Below, in pieces: positions 8,385 through 17,206 of a DNA stretch of 64,000 nt (positions are counted from its first letter, which is position 1; each line of letters starts with the position of its first letter). The stretch is from contig CANQRB010000006.1 of assembly GCA_947626145.1 (NCBI GenBank), positions 66,089 through 130,088 on the forward strand. Reading direction: 5' to 3'. A program made the position numbers and the translations under genes. Below the pieces are notes generated by a model. That model was not told where the DNA came from and did not search any database. It was given only the letters and a program-made list of their open reading frames with translations. The stretch comes from an uncultured Clostridia bacterium. GTDB lineage: Bacteria; Bacillota; Clostridia; UMGS1883.

Positions 8385-9197
8385 TTACCATTCAACGACC
8401 TCGTCCACAATTTTCCGCTGCTCCATGGACGTTTTCCGCAAATACACACGGGTGGTCTCAATGTTGTCATGACCCATCAGGTCGGCCAGAAATGCGATGT
8501 CGTTGCAGCGCTCAAGAAAGCTTTTGGCGAAGCGGTGACGGAAGGAGTGAGGATAGACCACCGCCGGATCGATGTTGTAACGCTCGGCAAACTTTTTCAG
8601 CTGGGCGGATATGCCCCGTGAGGTTATGCGCTGGCCCCGCTGGTTGAGAAAAACAAAGCCGGTGCCGCGCCTCTCCCATTCCAGCCAGGTCAGGGCGTCG
8701 GCCTGAAGGGCCCGGGGCACGTAGATACGCCTGAACTTGCCGCCCTTGGTGTACAGATCAAGATGGCCGGCCCTGACGTTCTCCACCTTAAGCTGGAGGA
8801 GCTCGCTTATTCTGGCTCCGGTGGCCCCAAGAAACCGCACCACGAAGTACCACGAATACTCCTTGTCCTGAATAAGGCAGCTTTTGAGGTAGTCGTAGTC
8901 GGCCTCGCTGATAACGTTTTCCAGAAAGGTACTCTGCTGCTCCTTTACGAAGCTCTGGCGCCATTTTCCCCTGCCGATGAAATCAAGGTAGAGATTTATG
9001 CCGCGGATACGCAGGTTCACGGTCTTGGGCCTGTACCTTGCAATGAGGCTCTGGCGATAGCTCTTGAGGTTTTTCAGACTGAGCTTTTCGTATTCTTCCT
9101 GATACTGGCGGACGGACGCCAGATATGAACGGATCGTGTTTGCCGAAAAACTGGTGCCGTTAAGATGGCACTCGAATTCCTCGATTTTTTCCAACAT
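8385..9197 (-). CDS. Site-specific tyrosine recombinase (XerD/phage-integrase family), standalone
   Basis: Catalytic residues in context: R..HxxR (HSFRHRFAKS) and terminal Y (TTRVYL). N-terminal SAM-like domain. Start at ATG 9195-9197 with AGGAGG upstream. Confidence 0.8.
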   Translation of the reverse strand: MLEKIEEFECHLNGTSFSANTIRSYLASVRQYQEEYEKLSLKNLKSYRQSLIARYRPKTVNLRIRGINLYLDFIGRGKWRQSFVKEQQSTFLENVISEADYDYLKSCLIQDKEYSWYFVVRFLGATGARISELLQLKVENVRAGHLDLYTKGGKFRRIYVPRALQADALTWLEWERRGTGFVFLNQRGQRITSRGISAQLKKFAERYNIDPAVVYPHSFRHRFAKSFLERCNDIAFLADLMGHDNIETTRVYLRKTSMEQRKIVDEVVEW

Positions 9198-9298
9198 TTC
9201 AAAATCCTCCTTATGTATAATCTCAGGCAATGGGGAGCTGAACACTGCGCGGCGCACGGGGTAAACTCCACATTACCCTAAGTAAAGGGAACCGCTCT

Positions 9299-9338
9299 GG
9301 TTCGGTTCCCTTTACTTACGATAGCCCCTCCGCCATTT
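9299..9338. repeat. Perfect 16-bp inverted repeat with 8-nt spacer, no U-tract
   Basis: taagtaaagggaaccg-ctctggtt-cggttccctttactta, lying between the recombinase gene and the spoVFB 3' end. Confidence 0.5.
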
Positions 9339-9417
9339 ACTATATTATACATCTTTACGGCGAAATTTTCAATGAAATAATCCGTCAATTTCAATAAGCC
9401 TGTGCAGGCTTCGCCAG

Positions 9418-10005
9418 TCATACGATGACCGGCTGGAGCTGACGCCCTTCAAGAGCCGCGTCCACGGCGGGCAGCAGCATATCCCACCGTGCCACCATGG
9501 AATTTGGCTTGCTGACAAAGTCGTCCTGAGCGAAGGGGACGAAATATATATTTTTGTAATTCATCAGAAAGCCTATATTTTTGGCGGCGGCCCCAAGAGC
9601 GTCGTTGGTGGACGGGGCCAAAATCACCGGACAGCGGTTGCGGAGGGTGGACTTTGCCGCCATTGTGACGCTGGTGTCGGTGATGCCGTGGGCCAGCTTG
9701 CCCAGGGTATTGCCGGTACACGGGGCGATGAGCAGGGCGTCAAGCAGCCTTTTGGGGCCTATGGGCTCCGCCTGGGCAATGGTTACGATGGCCTTTTTGC
9801 GGCAAATATCCTCTATTTCGGCCACAAAGTCGGCGGCCTTGCCGAAGCGGGTGTCGGTGGAGGCGGAATTGCGGCTGAGTATGGGCACAAGCTCAACGCC
9901 CTGATTGGAGATGTGGCGCATCTCGTCAATGACCTTGCGGAAGGTGCAGAACGACCCCGTCAGGGCGAAGCCCAGCTTTATCTGAGTCAGATCCATCTCA
10001 CTCAC
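9418..10005 (-). CDS. spoVFB: Dipicolinate synthase subunit B (flavoprotein)
   Basis: About 195-aa flavoprotein family (GSFCTFRKVIDEMR...APCTGNTLGKLA). Overlaps spoVFA by 8 nt. Confidence 0.8.
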   Translation of the reverse strand: MSEMDLTQIKLGFALTGSFCTFRKVIDEMRHISNQGVELVPILSRNSASTDTRFGKAADFVAEIEDICRKKAIVTIAQAEPIGPKRLLDALLIAPCTGNTLGKLAHGITDTSVTMAAKSTLRNRCPVILAPSTNDALGAAAKNIGFLMNYKNIYFVPFAQDDFVSKPNSMVARWDMLLPAVDAALEGRQLQPVIV

Positions 10006-10831
10006 CGGCCTCCCTGAAAATATTGTAGACGGTTTCCTTGATTATTTCACCGGCGGTGACGGGGGCCACTTTTCCCGGAAGGCTCAGGGCACGAATGACG
10101 CTGACGCCTATTTCACCGGCGGTCTCGGTGTCAACCCCGCCGCCGCTGCTGGCCAGGTCGATTATGAGGCCGCCCCGCATATTCACCAGCACGGTCTTGT
10201 CTATGACCTTGGCCGGCACGGTGTTGAAGATAACGTCGGCGCAGGCCGCCGCCTCGGGCAGCATGGAGTAGGGCGCGGGGGTCAGGCCGGCGGCCCGTAT
10301 CAGGGCGAAATCCGCGGGCTTGCGGGCAAAAACCGTAGTCCGCGCTCCCATATCCCGCAGGAGCTTGGAAAGGTACTTGCCTATCCTGCCGTAGCCGGTG
10401 ACTATGGCGTTGCAGCCGTGAATGGTGACGGGCAGCTCCTCCATGGCTATCTGAACGGCGCCCTCGGCGGTGGGAATGGCGTTGGCTATCTCGAACTCCT
10501 CCCGGGCCAGATAATCCACGTAGGGTATGCCGTAGACCTCAAGCAGGGTCTTTGCTTTTTCGCCTATCTTGCCGCCCAGCAGCAGCTGGCGGTCGTTCAT
10601 CAGGCGAAAAAGGTCCTTCATAAGTATGGGCCGCAGCAGCTGGGGCGCGCTGACCGTCTCGCCGTCGGTGGATACCGGCAGACCCAGCACCACGATGTCC
10701 GCACCGCTGAGGGCGGTTTTCAGCGCCATATCCTCGGTGTAGCGGCGCACCTCCAGTCCGTCCCTCTGCATGGAGGCGCAGAGCCGGTCGATCCGGGCGT
10801 CGCCGCCTATAACTAAAATTTTACCCGACAT
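9998..10831 (-). CDS. spoVFA: Dipicolinate synthase subunit A
   Basis: Rossmann GxGxxG (TGYGRIGKYL) and dehydrogenase-like fold. Conserved pairing with subunit B. Confidence 0.8.
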   Translation of the reverse strand: MSGKILVIGGDARIDRLCASMQRDGLEVRRYTEDMALKTALSGADIVVLGLPVSTDGETVSAPQLLRPILMKDLFRLMNDRQLLLGGKIGEKAKTLLEVYGIPYVDYLAREEFEIANAIPTAEGAVQIAMEELPVTIHGCNAIVTGYGRIGKYLSKLLRDMGARTTVFARKPADFALIRAAGLTPAPYSMLPEAAACADVIFNTVPAKVIDKTVLVNMRGGLIIDLASSGGGVDTETAGEIGVSVIRALSLPGKVAPVTAGEIIKETVYNIFREAGE

Positions 10832-11061
10832 ATATATTACGGAAACGGGAAGCCCCGTTTCCTCCTCCCTTCATATATTTATCCTCGTTACATACTATGC
10901 CGCCGCAAAAAAATTGCCCACCGGGCAGGGAAAATTATCGACAAATTATTTCAACTTTACAAGTATGTTACAAATTTCGTTATTTTGTTGACATACATCA
11001 CATTTTGTGGTATTTTTACTATGTAAATAATTACATAAATAATATGAAAGGATCTGGTATT

Positions 11062-11691
11062 ATGTACTCAACCATGCAGTCAGTAACGTCACTGATTGTG
11101 ATAGTTGTCTCTTTCGTCTGTCTTTGGGTTCTCTTCCAAAAGGCCGGCGAAAAGGGCTGGAAAGCCATTATCCCCTTCTACAACGCTTATTTGACCTATA
11201 AGCTGTTCTGGAAAAAGTCCATGTTCTGGGTGGCTCTCATCATATCCGTCCTCGTGACCGCTCTTACTATGGGAGTTTACGCTTCTCATTTGGACGACAT
11301 GGTAAACATCACCAACACAGCCGCCAACGAGCTTGGCATCGACGCGGACGCTCTTGACAGAGGCGAGCTGAACATGACCGAGGAGGAGCTCAATCAGGCC
11401 GCTCAGGATTACGCCGACAGAATGGAGTACGAGCTGGACAACGGCATAGACAATTCCCTTGCCAACGCCTTTATCGCCGCGTTTGAGAACATCTCTTCCC
11501 TGGACGTAATTCTCATCGTTTTGATCTTTATCCTCAGCATCGCAATGTTCGTGATAAGCATACTGTCCTGCGTCAATATGTCAAAGTCCTTCGGCCACGG
11601 AGGCGGTTATGCTGTGGGCCTCATTTTCCTGCCCATCATATTCCTGCTCATTCTGGCCTTCGGCAAATCTCAGTACGTTAAACGCAGCTAA
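11062..11691 (+). CDS. Hypothetical integral membrane protein
   Basis: Multiple TM segments with an acidic central loop. Start at ATG 11062 with AAAGGA 9 nt upstream; the longer track ORF lacks an RBS. Confidence 0.5.
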   Translation: MYSTMQSVTSLIVIVVSFVCLWVLFQKAGEKGWKAIIPFYNAYLTYKLFWKKSMFWVALIISVLVTALTMGVYASHLDDMVNITNTAANELGIDADALDRGELNMTEEELNQAAQDYADRMEYELDNGIDNSLANAFIAAFENISSLDVILIVLIFILSIAMFVISILSCVNMSKSFGHGGGYAVGLIFLPIIFLLILAFGKSQYVKRS

Positions 11692-11704
11692 AATCTTGCG
11701 CAAC

Positions 11705-11735
11705 AAAAGGGCTTCCGTGTCGGAAGCCCTTTTAT
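11705..11735. terminator. Bidirectional intrinsic terminator
   Basis: aaaagggcttccg-tgt-cggaagcccttttat. Confidence 0.55.
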
Positions 11736-11744
11736 CATATTCCG

Positions 11745-12230
11745 CTACAAATCGCAGTTTTCCGCGTAATACCAGTTTTTCGCCACCTTATAGCACTGTG
11801 AGATAAAGCTGAGGTGACGCTCGCTGAAGGAGCCGGGATTGCCGCCTTCAGTATAGATAATGCCGGTCATGCCGAGGCTGTAATAAAACACGGTCTTTTC
11901 ACTGTCCACGGTTATCCCCTCAAAGGTCTGGTTGCCGAAGCTTTTAAGCTCGTCCAGCGCGTCTCCGGCGTAAATCGTCTCGCCGTCGAATACGACGGCC
12001 CCGGCGTCAAAGTTCACCTTGAACATCATTTTTGTCCGGCCCCTGTCCTCCAACGCCCTGCGGAGGACGGAGTTTACCTCCTCAAGGGCGGCCTGTTTGG
12101 TCTCAAACATACGAACCACACCGCGGTCGGGCATATGTATCACCGTGGCCAGCAATATCATCAGCACGGCGACGGCGCAGGCGAAACCCACCAGCACCTT
12201 GAACAGAAAGCGTATAATGTGACTTATCAT
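11745..12230 (-). CDS. Hypothetical membrane-anchored protein (third gene of a 3-gene operon)
   Basis: N-terminal TM helix followed by a soluble domain. 4-nt overlap with the upstream gene. Confidence 0.45.
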   Translation of the reverse strand: MISHIIRFLFKVLVGFACAVAVLMILLATVIHMPDRGVVRMFETKQAALEEVNSVLRRALEDRGRTKMMFKVNFDAGAVVFDGETIYAGDALDELKSFGNQTFEGITVDSEKTVFYYSLGMTGIIYTEGGNPGSFSERHLSFISQCYKVAKNWYYAENCDL

Positions 12231-13084
12231 AAATTTTCACTCCCCCACACGTGGGCCAGCAGCTCGGGAACGCCGTCCATAAGTCCAGCGTACTCCGGAA
12301 AATCCCGGCGCAGGCGGCGGACACAGCGGCCGCAGTACTCCGCCCGCACCGCCGGATCGGAGCGCAGATTATTCTTATGGCCCCACACATGAGTCACGTC
12401 GCTCTGTTCACGGAGCCTGTCCAGCCGAAGGAGGGTATGTATCTCCTTTCCCTTTTCGGCGGCGCACATGGACAGGAGCCGCTGCTCGGCAAAGACCATG
12501 GGAACCACCACGCTGCCGTCCTCACGTAAATTTCTCATAAAATCCACACTTCGGCGGACGTAATAATCACGGAACTCCAAATCCTTTATGTACAGAAAGG
12601 CCGTGTTGCAGGGCAGGACGCCCCAGTCCCAATCGGGGAAGGTATAGCCCTCCTTCATGCGGAAATGCTCCCTGCCGGGATAGATGTCCGGCATCAGCTC
12701 CTCCCGATGGGCGGCCACGATGTCAAGGTTCCCCAGCTCCCGACAGTCCCGCCACACTATCATGTCCGTATCTATCATGCATACTGGCTCCGGAACGGAG
12801 TTCAGGGCCCAAAGCTTGCCGCCCGCCCAGAATAAAAACGGGTCAATATCCGCCGGTACGGTATCCAGCGCCTCGGTCACGCCGCCGTCCCACAGGGGCT
12901 CAAGGCCCCGTTCACGAAGATAAGCGGCTCCGGCGCCGTCGGTGACCATGGTGACGCCGCCGCCGTTTTTCCGCCAGACAAGAGCCGACAGCATCATCGT
13001 CAGCAGCTCAAAGTCCTCCATGTAAAAATCCCTGCCGCCACGGACAAAAAACGGCCTCGTCCAGAGGGAATGTATGGCCTTCAT
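12227..13084 (-). CDS. Putative GT-A fold glycosyltransferase (DXD sugar-binding type)
   Basis: N-terminal IHSLWT resembles the IHQIW motif of GT32/toxin-type glycosyltransferases. MIDTDMIVW supplies the DXD. Overlaps both neighbours by 4 nt. Confidence 0.4.
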   Translation of the reverse strand: MKAIHSLWTRPFFVRGGRDFYMEDFELLTMMLSALVWRKNGGGVTMVTDGAGAAYLRERGLEPLWDGGVTEALDTVPADIDPFLFWAGGKLWALNSVPEPVCMIDTDMIVWRDCRELGNLDIVAAHREELMPDIYPGREHFRMKEGYTFPDWDWGVLPCNTAFLYIKDLEFRDYYVRRSVDFMRNLREDGSVVVPMVFAEQRLLSMCAAEKGKEIHTLLRLDRLREQSDVTHVWGHKNNLRSDPAVRAEYCGRCVRRLRRDFPEYAGLMDGVPELLAHVWGSENL

Positions 13085-13548
13085 ATCAGCTCAAGGCCGT
13101 AGCCGAAGGAACCGCCTCCGCTGCCGGAGCCTGAGCCGGAACCCGAACCGCTGCCGGAGCCGCTGCCGCTGGTGGGATTTGCGGGACGGGCGGCAAAAAG
13201 CCTCGCCGCAACGTACTCGTCCTCCTCGCGGGTTATGGCCAAATTCATGGAAAGCCGCGACGCGGGCGGAAATCTGAGCCGGCAGACCTCGCGGCCCTTA
13301 AGGGCGGTCTCGGCCTCCTCCACAAAGGGGGCGTATCTGTCCTCAAAGTACAGCAGACCGACATCGGCCCTGTTATAGCGCTCCCTCATCAGGGCAAGCA
13401 GCTCGCCCAGCCGACCCACGGGCCTGCTCCGCCGTCCGCCGGCGGGGAACGGTACAAAATATCCCTCGGATAACAAATATGTATAGCAACGCTCGTTAAA
13501 AAACATAAGCAACAGTTTCATCTTGACAGTCAGCCCTTCCGTAGGCAT
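13081..13548 (-). CDS. Hypothetical protein with C-terminal (SG)8GGS low-complexity tail
   Basis: 155 aa. The tail TSGSGSGSGSGSGSGSGGGSFGYGLELI is encoded by non-identical codons. No signal peptide. Confidence 0.45.
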   Translation of the reverse strand: MPTEGLTVKMKLLLMFFNERCYTYLLSEGYFVPFPAGGRRSRPVGRLGELLALMRERYNRADVGLLYFEDRYAPFVEEAETALKGREVCRLRFPPASRLSMNLAITREEDEYVAARLFAARPANPTSGSGSGSGSGSGSGSGSGGGSFGYGLELI

Positions 13549-13673
13549 TAGAGAGCCTTTCTCTCTTTATTACATTATATCAACTTTTTCCGTAAAAATC
13601 AATAGAAAAAAAATATTTACAAAACGTTCACAAAAAAATCAAAAAAATGTGCTGCAAATTATAAAAAAGGGCT

Positions 13674-13702
13674 TGCAAAATTCTCAAACTTTGAGTATAA
13701 TA
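13674..13702 (+). promoter_or_regulatory. Sigma-A promoter for ppiB-gap
   Basis: TTGCAA-aattctcaaactttgag-TATAAT (17-nt spacer) in an AT-rich stretch. Confidence 0.55.
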
Positions 13703-13757
13703 TATGTGAAGATAATAAATACCACTTTGACAAAAATTTAACATATATGGATCTGAT

Positions 13758-14249
13758 ATGATGGACAACCCAAAAGTAAGAATAACCATGGACGGGGACC
13801 TGGGCGTGATAGAGCTGGAGCTCCTGCCCGAGGCGGCCCCGATAACGGTGGAGAATTTCACCAAACTGGTGGGCGAGGGCTTTTATGACGGCCTTACCTT
13901 CCACCGCATAATCAGCGGCTTTATGATACAGGGCGGCGACCCGCTGGGCAACGGCACCGGCGGCAGCGCCAACCGCATAAAGGGAGAGTTCAGGCAAAAC
14001 GGCGTGGACAATCCCATTAAACACGAGCGCGGGGTCATTTCCATGGCCCGCAGCATGATGCCTAACTCGGCCTCCAGCCAGTTCTTTATCATGCACGCGG
14101 ACGCTCCCCATCTGGACGGGGCCTATGCCGCCTTCGGCAGGGTGACGTCCGGCATGGACACGGTGGACAAAATCGCCGCGACGAAGGTGGGCTTCGACGG
14201 ACAGACGCCCATTGTGGCCCCCACTATCCTGAAAGCCGAGCTTATTTAA
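13758..14249 (+). CDS. ppiB: Peptidyl-prolyl cis-trans isomerase, cyclophilin type
   Basis: Cyclophilin signature FHRIISGFMIQGGD. 163 aa. Confidence 0.9.
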   Translation: MMDNPKVRITMDGDLGVIELELLPEAAPITVENFTKLVGEGFYDGLTFHRIISGFMIQGGDPLGNGTGGSANRIKGEFRQNGVDNPIKHERGVISMARSMMPNSASSQFFIMHADAPHLDGAYAAFGRVTSGMDTVDKIAATKVGFDGQTPIVAPTILKAELI

Positions 14250-14313
14250 GTTAATAAATTGTTCATTGTAACAATATTTATTAAAATTTAATTCACGAAA
14301 GGAAGTTTTTCCA

Positions 14314-15345
14314 ATGGCAGTAAAAGTTGCAATCAATGGCTTTGGCCGTATCGGCCGTCTGGCTTTCCGTCAGATGTTTAAGGCAGAGGGTTACGAGATC
14401 GTAGCTATCAACGATCTTACGGATCCCAAGATGCTCGCGCATCTTCTCAAGTATGACACCGCACAGGGCGGCTACTGCGGCCGTATCGGCGACAATCTGC
14501 ACACCGTTGAAGCCGGCGAGGATTCCATCACTGTTGACGGCCATAAGATCACCATATACAAAGAGAAGGATGCCGCCAATCTCCCCTGGGGCGAGCTTGG
14601 TGTTGACGTAGTTCTCGAGTGCACCGGTTTCTATTGCTCCAAGGAAAAGAGCCAGGCTCACATCGACGCCGGCGCCAAGAAGGTAGTTATCTCCGCTCCC
14701 GCGGGCAACGACCTTCCCACCATCGTATACGGCGTTAACGAGGGCACCCTGACGGCTGACGATACCATCATCTCCGCCGCCTCCTGCACCACCAACTGCC
14801 TTGCTCCCATGGCTAAGGCTCTTAACGACTACGCTCCCATCCAGAGCGGTATCATGTCCACCATCCACGCTTACACCGGCGACCAGATGATCCTTGACGG
14901 TCCCCACAGAAAGGGCGACCTCCGCCGTGCCCGCGCCGGCGCCGCCAACATCGTGCCCAACAGCACAGGCGCTGCCAAGGCTATCGGCCTTGTTATCCCC
15001 GAGCTCAACGGCAAGCTCATCGGCTCCGCTCAGCGTGTACCCGTACCCACAGGCTCCACCACCATCCTTACCGCTGTTGTATTAGGCACCGACATCACCA
15101 AGGAAGGCATCAACGCCGCCATGAAGGCTGCCGCTTCCGCTTCCTACGGCTACAACGAGGATCCCATCGTTTCCTCCGATGTAATCGGCATGACTTACGG
15201 TTCTCTCTTCGACGCTACTCAGACAATGGTTGCCAAGATATCCAACGACCTCTATGAGGTTCAGGTAGTTTCCTGGTACGACAACGAGAACTCCTACACC
15301 AGCCAGATGGTACGCACTATCAAGTATTTTGCCGAACTCGGCTGA
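14314..15345 (+). CDS. gap: Glyceraldehyde-3-phosphate dehydrogenase, type I
   Basis: [12 protein letters not shown]-binding motif and active-site SCTTNCLAP. Confidence 0.95.
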   Translation: MAVKVAINGFGRIGRLAFRQMFKAEGYEIVAINDLTDPKMLAHLLKYDTAQGGYCGRIGDNLHTVEAGEDSITVDGHKITIYKEKDAANLPWGELGVDVVLECTGFYCSKEKSQAHIDAGAKKVVISAPAGNDLPTIVYGVNEGTLTADDTIISAASCTTNCLAPMAKALNDYAPIQSGIMSTIHAYTGDQMILDGPHRKGDLRRARAGAANIVPNSTGAAKAIGLVIPELNGKLIGSAQRVPVPTGSTTILTAVVLGTDITKEGINAAMKAAASASYGYNEDPIVSSDVIGMTYGSLFDATQTMVAKISNDLYEVQVVSWYDNENSYTSQMVRTIKYFAELG

Positions 15346-15365
15346 TCTAAAAAATTTAACTGCTG

Positions 15366-15398
15366 AAAGGCTGCCGCCACGCGCGGCAGCCTTTTCAC
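15366..15398 (+). terminator. Intrinsic terminator after gap
   Basis: aaaggctgccgc-cacgc-gcggcagccttttcac. Confidence 0.6.
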
Positions 15399-15517
15399 TT
15401 TACGGCGCGGGCTGAAAAAAAGGCGCAGAAAAAGGTTATCCTCACGGACAACCTTCAAAATACACGTAATGCGGTCGGCCCACACCACGGCTATAATTAT
15501 GTATTCATAATAAAGCC

Positions 15518-16510
15518 TTAAGCTTCCTCGGCCTCCATCTCGTTTCCGGCCCGGCGGGCGGCACGGTTGGCCGCTTTGCGCTCGGACTTTTGTTCCTCAA
15601 TAGACAGGCGCTCGGCGTAAAACTCCTCGGCGGCCGGCGCGCTCTTATAGACGGTCTTTCGCACCGTCCTCTCCTCCCCGTTCTTCACGACGGAATTTTG
15701 CATGAAAAAGCGGCCGTGCTCCCGGCACTCGCCTATTGAGATCATCTTGCCCCGGCCCTGACGGACCCATTTGCTGCGAACCATGGGGGCTCCGCACCTG
15801 GGACAGGGATTGACGGAAAAGGCCTCGGGACACTGGCTGCGGCCGCCGATCACGGTACAGGGGAACTGACGGCGGGATTCCACCTTCAGCTCGCCGAAGG
15901 CTATGACCGATGGCGACATGGACTTGGTGTTTCTGTCATATTCGTCAATGCCCTTTTTAAGATCCAGACAGCGGCAGACCATGGCCGTGTAACCCGCGTC
16001 GTTAAGAGCGTCGTGCTGGGGATGGCCCTCCTCGTCCACAGTCAGATTGAAATATTCCACCGCCGACTTTAACGAGCGCTGGTTCTTGCCCCCGTCGGTC
16101 TGGGCGTTGAAAATGACCTGAAGGTTGTACCACCGGCCTATCCAGCCGCTCTCCAGCCCGTACAGCTTAAGACAGGACTCCAGCATGGGAATGTCGTCGT
16201 AGCCCCAGGTCAGAAAGACCCGCTCCTCGCCGCACCACTCCCGAAAATCCACCACGACCTCGGGGAACCAGGTGCCATGGCGGAGCATTTCCGAGGTTAT
16301 TCCCGTCAGCTTCTTCACATGGCTGTTCAGCTTTTTTATATAGCACGGGCGCACAAGACTTTTGAAGGCGTCAACGAACTCCATTTTTTCGTTGAGCTTG
16401 ATCGCCCCTATCTCGATGATCTCGTTCATCGGCGATTTTTTCTTCTTACCTTCGCTGTCGGTCTTAGGATAGGACTGGTTCCACTCCATGTCCAGAATAA
16501 TGTAATTCAC
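15518..16510 (-). CDS. DEDDh 3'-5' exonuclease (KapD/DnaQ-like) with C-terminal zinc ribbon
   Basis: Exo I motif ILDMEWN, exo III HDALNDAGYTAM, and a CxxC...CPRCG ribbon. GTG start with GAGAGGGA RBS. Confidence 0.7.
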   Translation of the reverse strand: MNYIILDMEWNQSYPKTDSEGKKKKSPMNEIIEIGAIKLNEKMEFVDAFKSLVRPCYIKKLNSHVKKLTGITSEMLRHGTWFPEVVVDFREWCGEERVFLTWGYDDIPMLESCLKLYGLESGWIGRWYNLQVIFNAQTDGGKNQRSLKSAVEYFNLTVDEEGHPQHDALNDAGYTAMVCRCLDLKKGIDEYDRNTKSMSPSVIAFGELKVESRRQFPCTVIGGRSQCPEAFSVNPCPRCGAPMVRSKWVRQGRGKMISIGECREHGRFFMQNSVVKNGEERTVRKTVYKSAPAAEEFYAERLSIEEQKSERKAANRAARRAGNEMEAEEA

Positions 16511-16566
16511 GGGCCTTATCCCTCTCGTAAATTTTTCTTAAATTATATCACATTATCCGCCAAATG

Positions 16567-16968
16567 TCAACTATTGTTTTTTGGCTTTTCTTCGTCATCG
16601 TCCCCGGTAAACATCTCATTTTTTGTTATAATTATCCTTTCGCCGTCGAAGCTGACCCTTGCCGAGGGCGAATCCTTGGTGATGCCAAGCTTTTCCAGCC
16701 AGCGGCGCGGCACCTCCACCCTGCCGCGGAGCAGGGCCGTGCCCTTTTTCAAAAATACCACATCGACCGTCCTTGCCCGGGATCCCACCATTATTTCCAG
16801 AGCCTTTTCCATGTGCTCAGTCGTATATATACGGTTGCCGCCGGCGCTGCGGTAGGCCGGCAAAACCCCGCTCTCATCCAAACGGGTAAGAGTCCTTGTA
16901 GAAATGCCCATGAAATCTGCCAGCTCCTTTGCCGACACACGCGCAACTTTAAAATTATTTTCCCCCAT
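16567..16968 (-). CDS. DNA-binding protein: N-terminal excisionase/MerR-type HTH fused to a C-terminal SpoVT/AbrB swapped-hairpin domain
   Basis: VSAKELADFMGISTRTLTRLDESGVLPAY fits the HTH_17 pattern. GRVEVPRRWLEKLGITKDSPSARVSFDGERIIITK fits the AbrB/MazE pattern. A sigma-A-like promoter TTGATT-17-TATAAT lies upstream on the minus strand at about 17018-17048. Confidence 0.55.
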   Translation of the reverse strand: MGENNFKVARVSAKELADFMGISTRTLTRLDESGVLPAYRSAGGNRIYTTEHMEKALEIMVGSRARTVDVVFLKKGTALLRGRVEVPRRWLEKLGITKDSPSARVSFDGERIIITKNEMFTGDDDEEKPKNNS

Positions 16969-17206
16969 TGTCTATCCCCCTGGTGCTGTACTTAACTGTT
17001 ACCTAACGCGGCTTCGCTTATATTATACAAAAATCTACAAAAAAAATCAATAATGTTTTATACTTTGTCATTTTTCGTTTCATTTTTTTGAACAAAAAAC
17101 GTGAAAATATCCGTTAAAGCAAAATAATTCGGTACTCACTGTTCATACAGATAAGGGCGCGGAATATATCCGCGCCCTTGCGTACAGTATGAATTGTATT
17201 TTTTAG

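Noticed and set aside
9299-9338. 16-bp perfect inverted repeat as an intrinsic terminator of spoVF
   Set aside because: No U-tract follows the hairpin on either strand, so the classic terminator model does not fit. Kept as a repeat of unknown role.
13100-13160. SG-repeat coding region as a phase-variable simple sequence repeat
   Set aside because: Codons vary (ggaacc, gcctcc, gctgcc, ggagcc...), so there is no perfect micro- or minisatellite that would slip. Better explained as a low-complexity linker.
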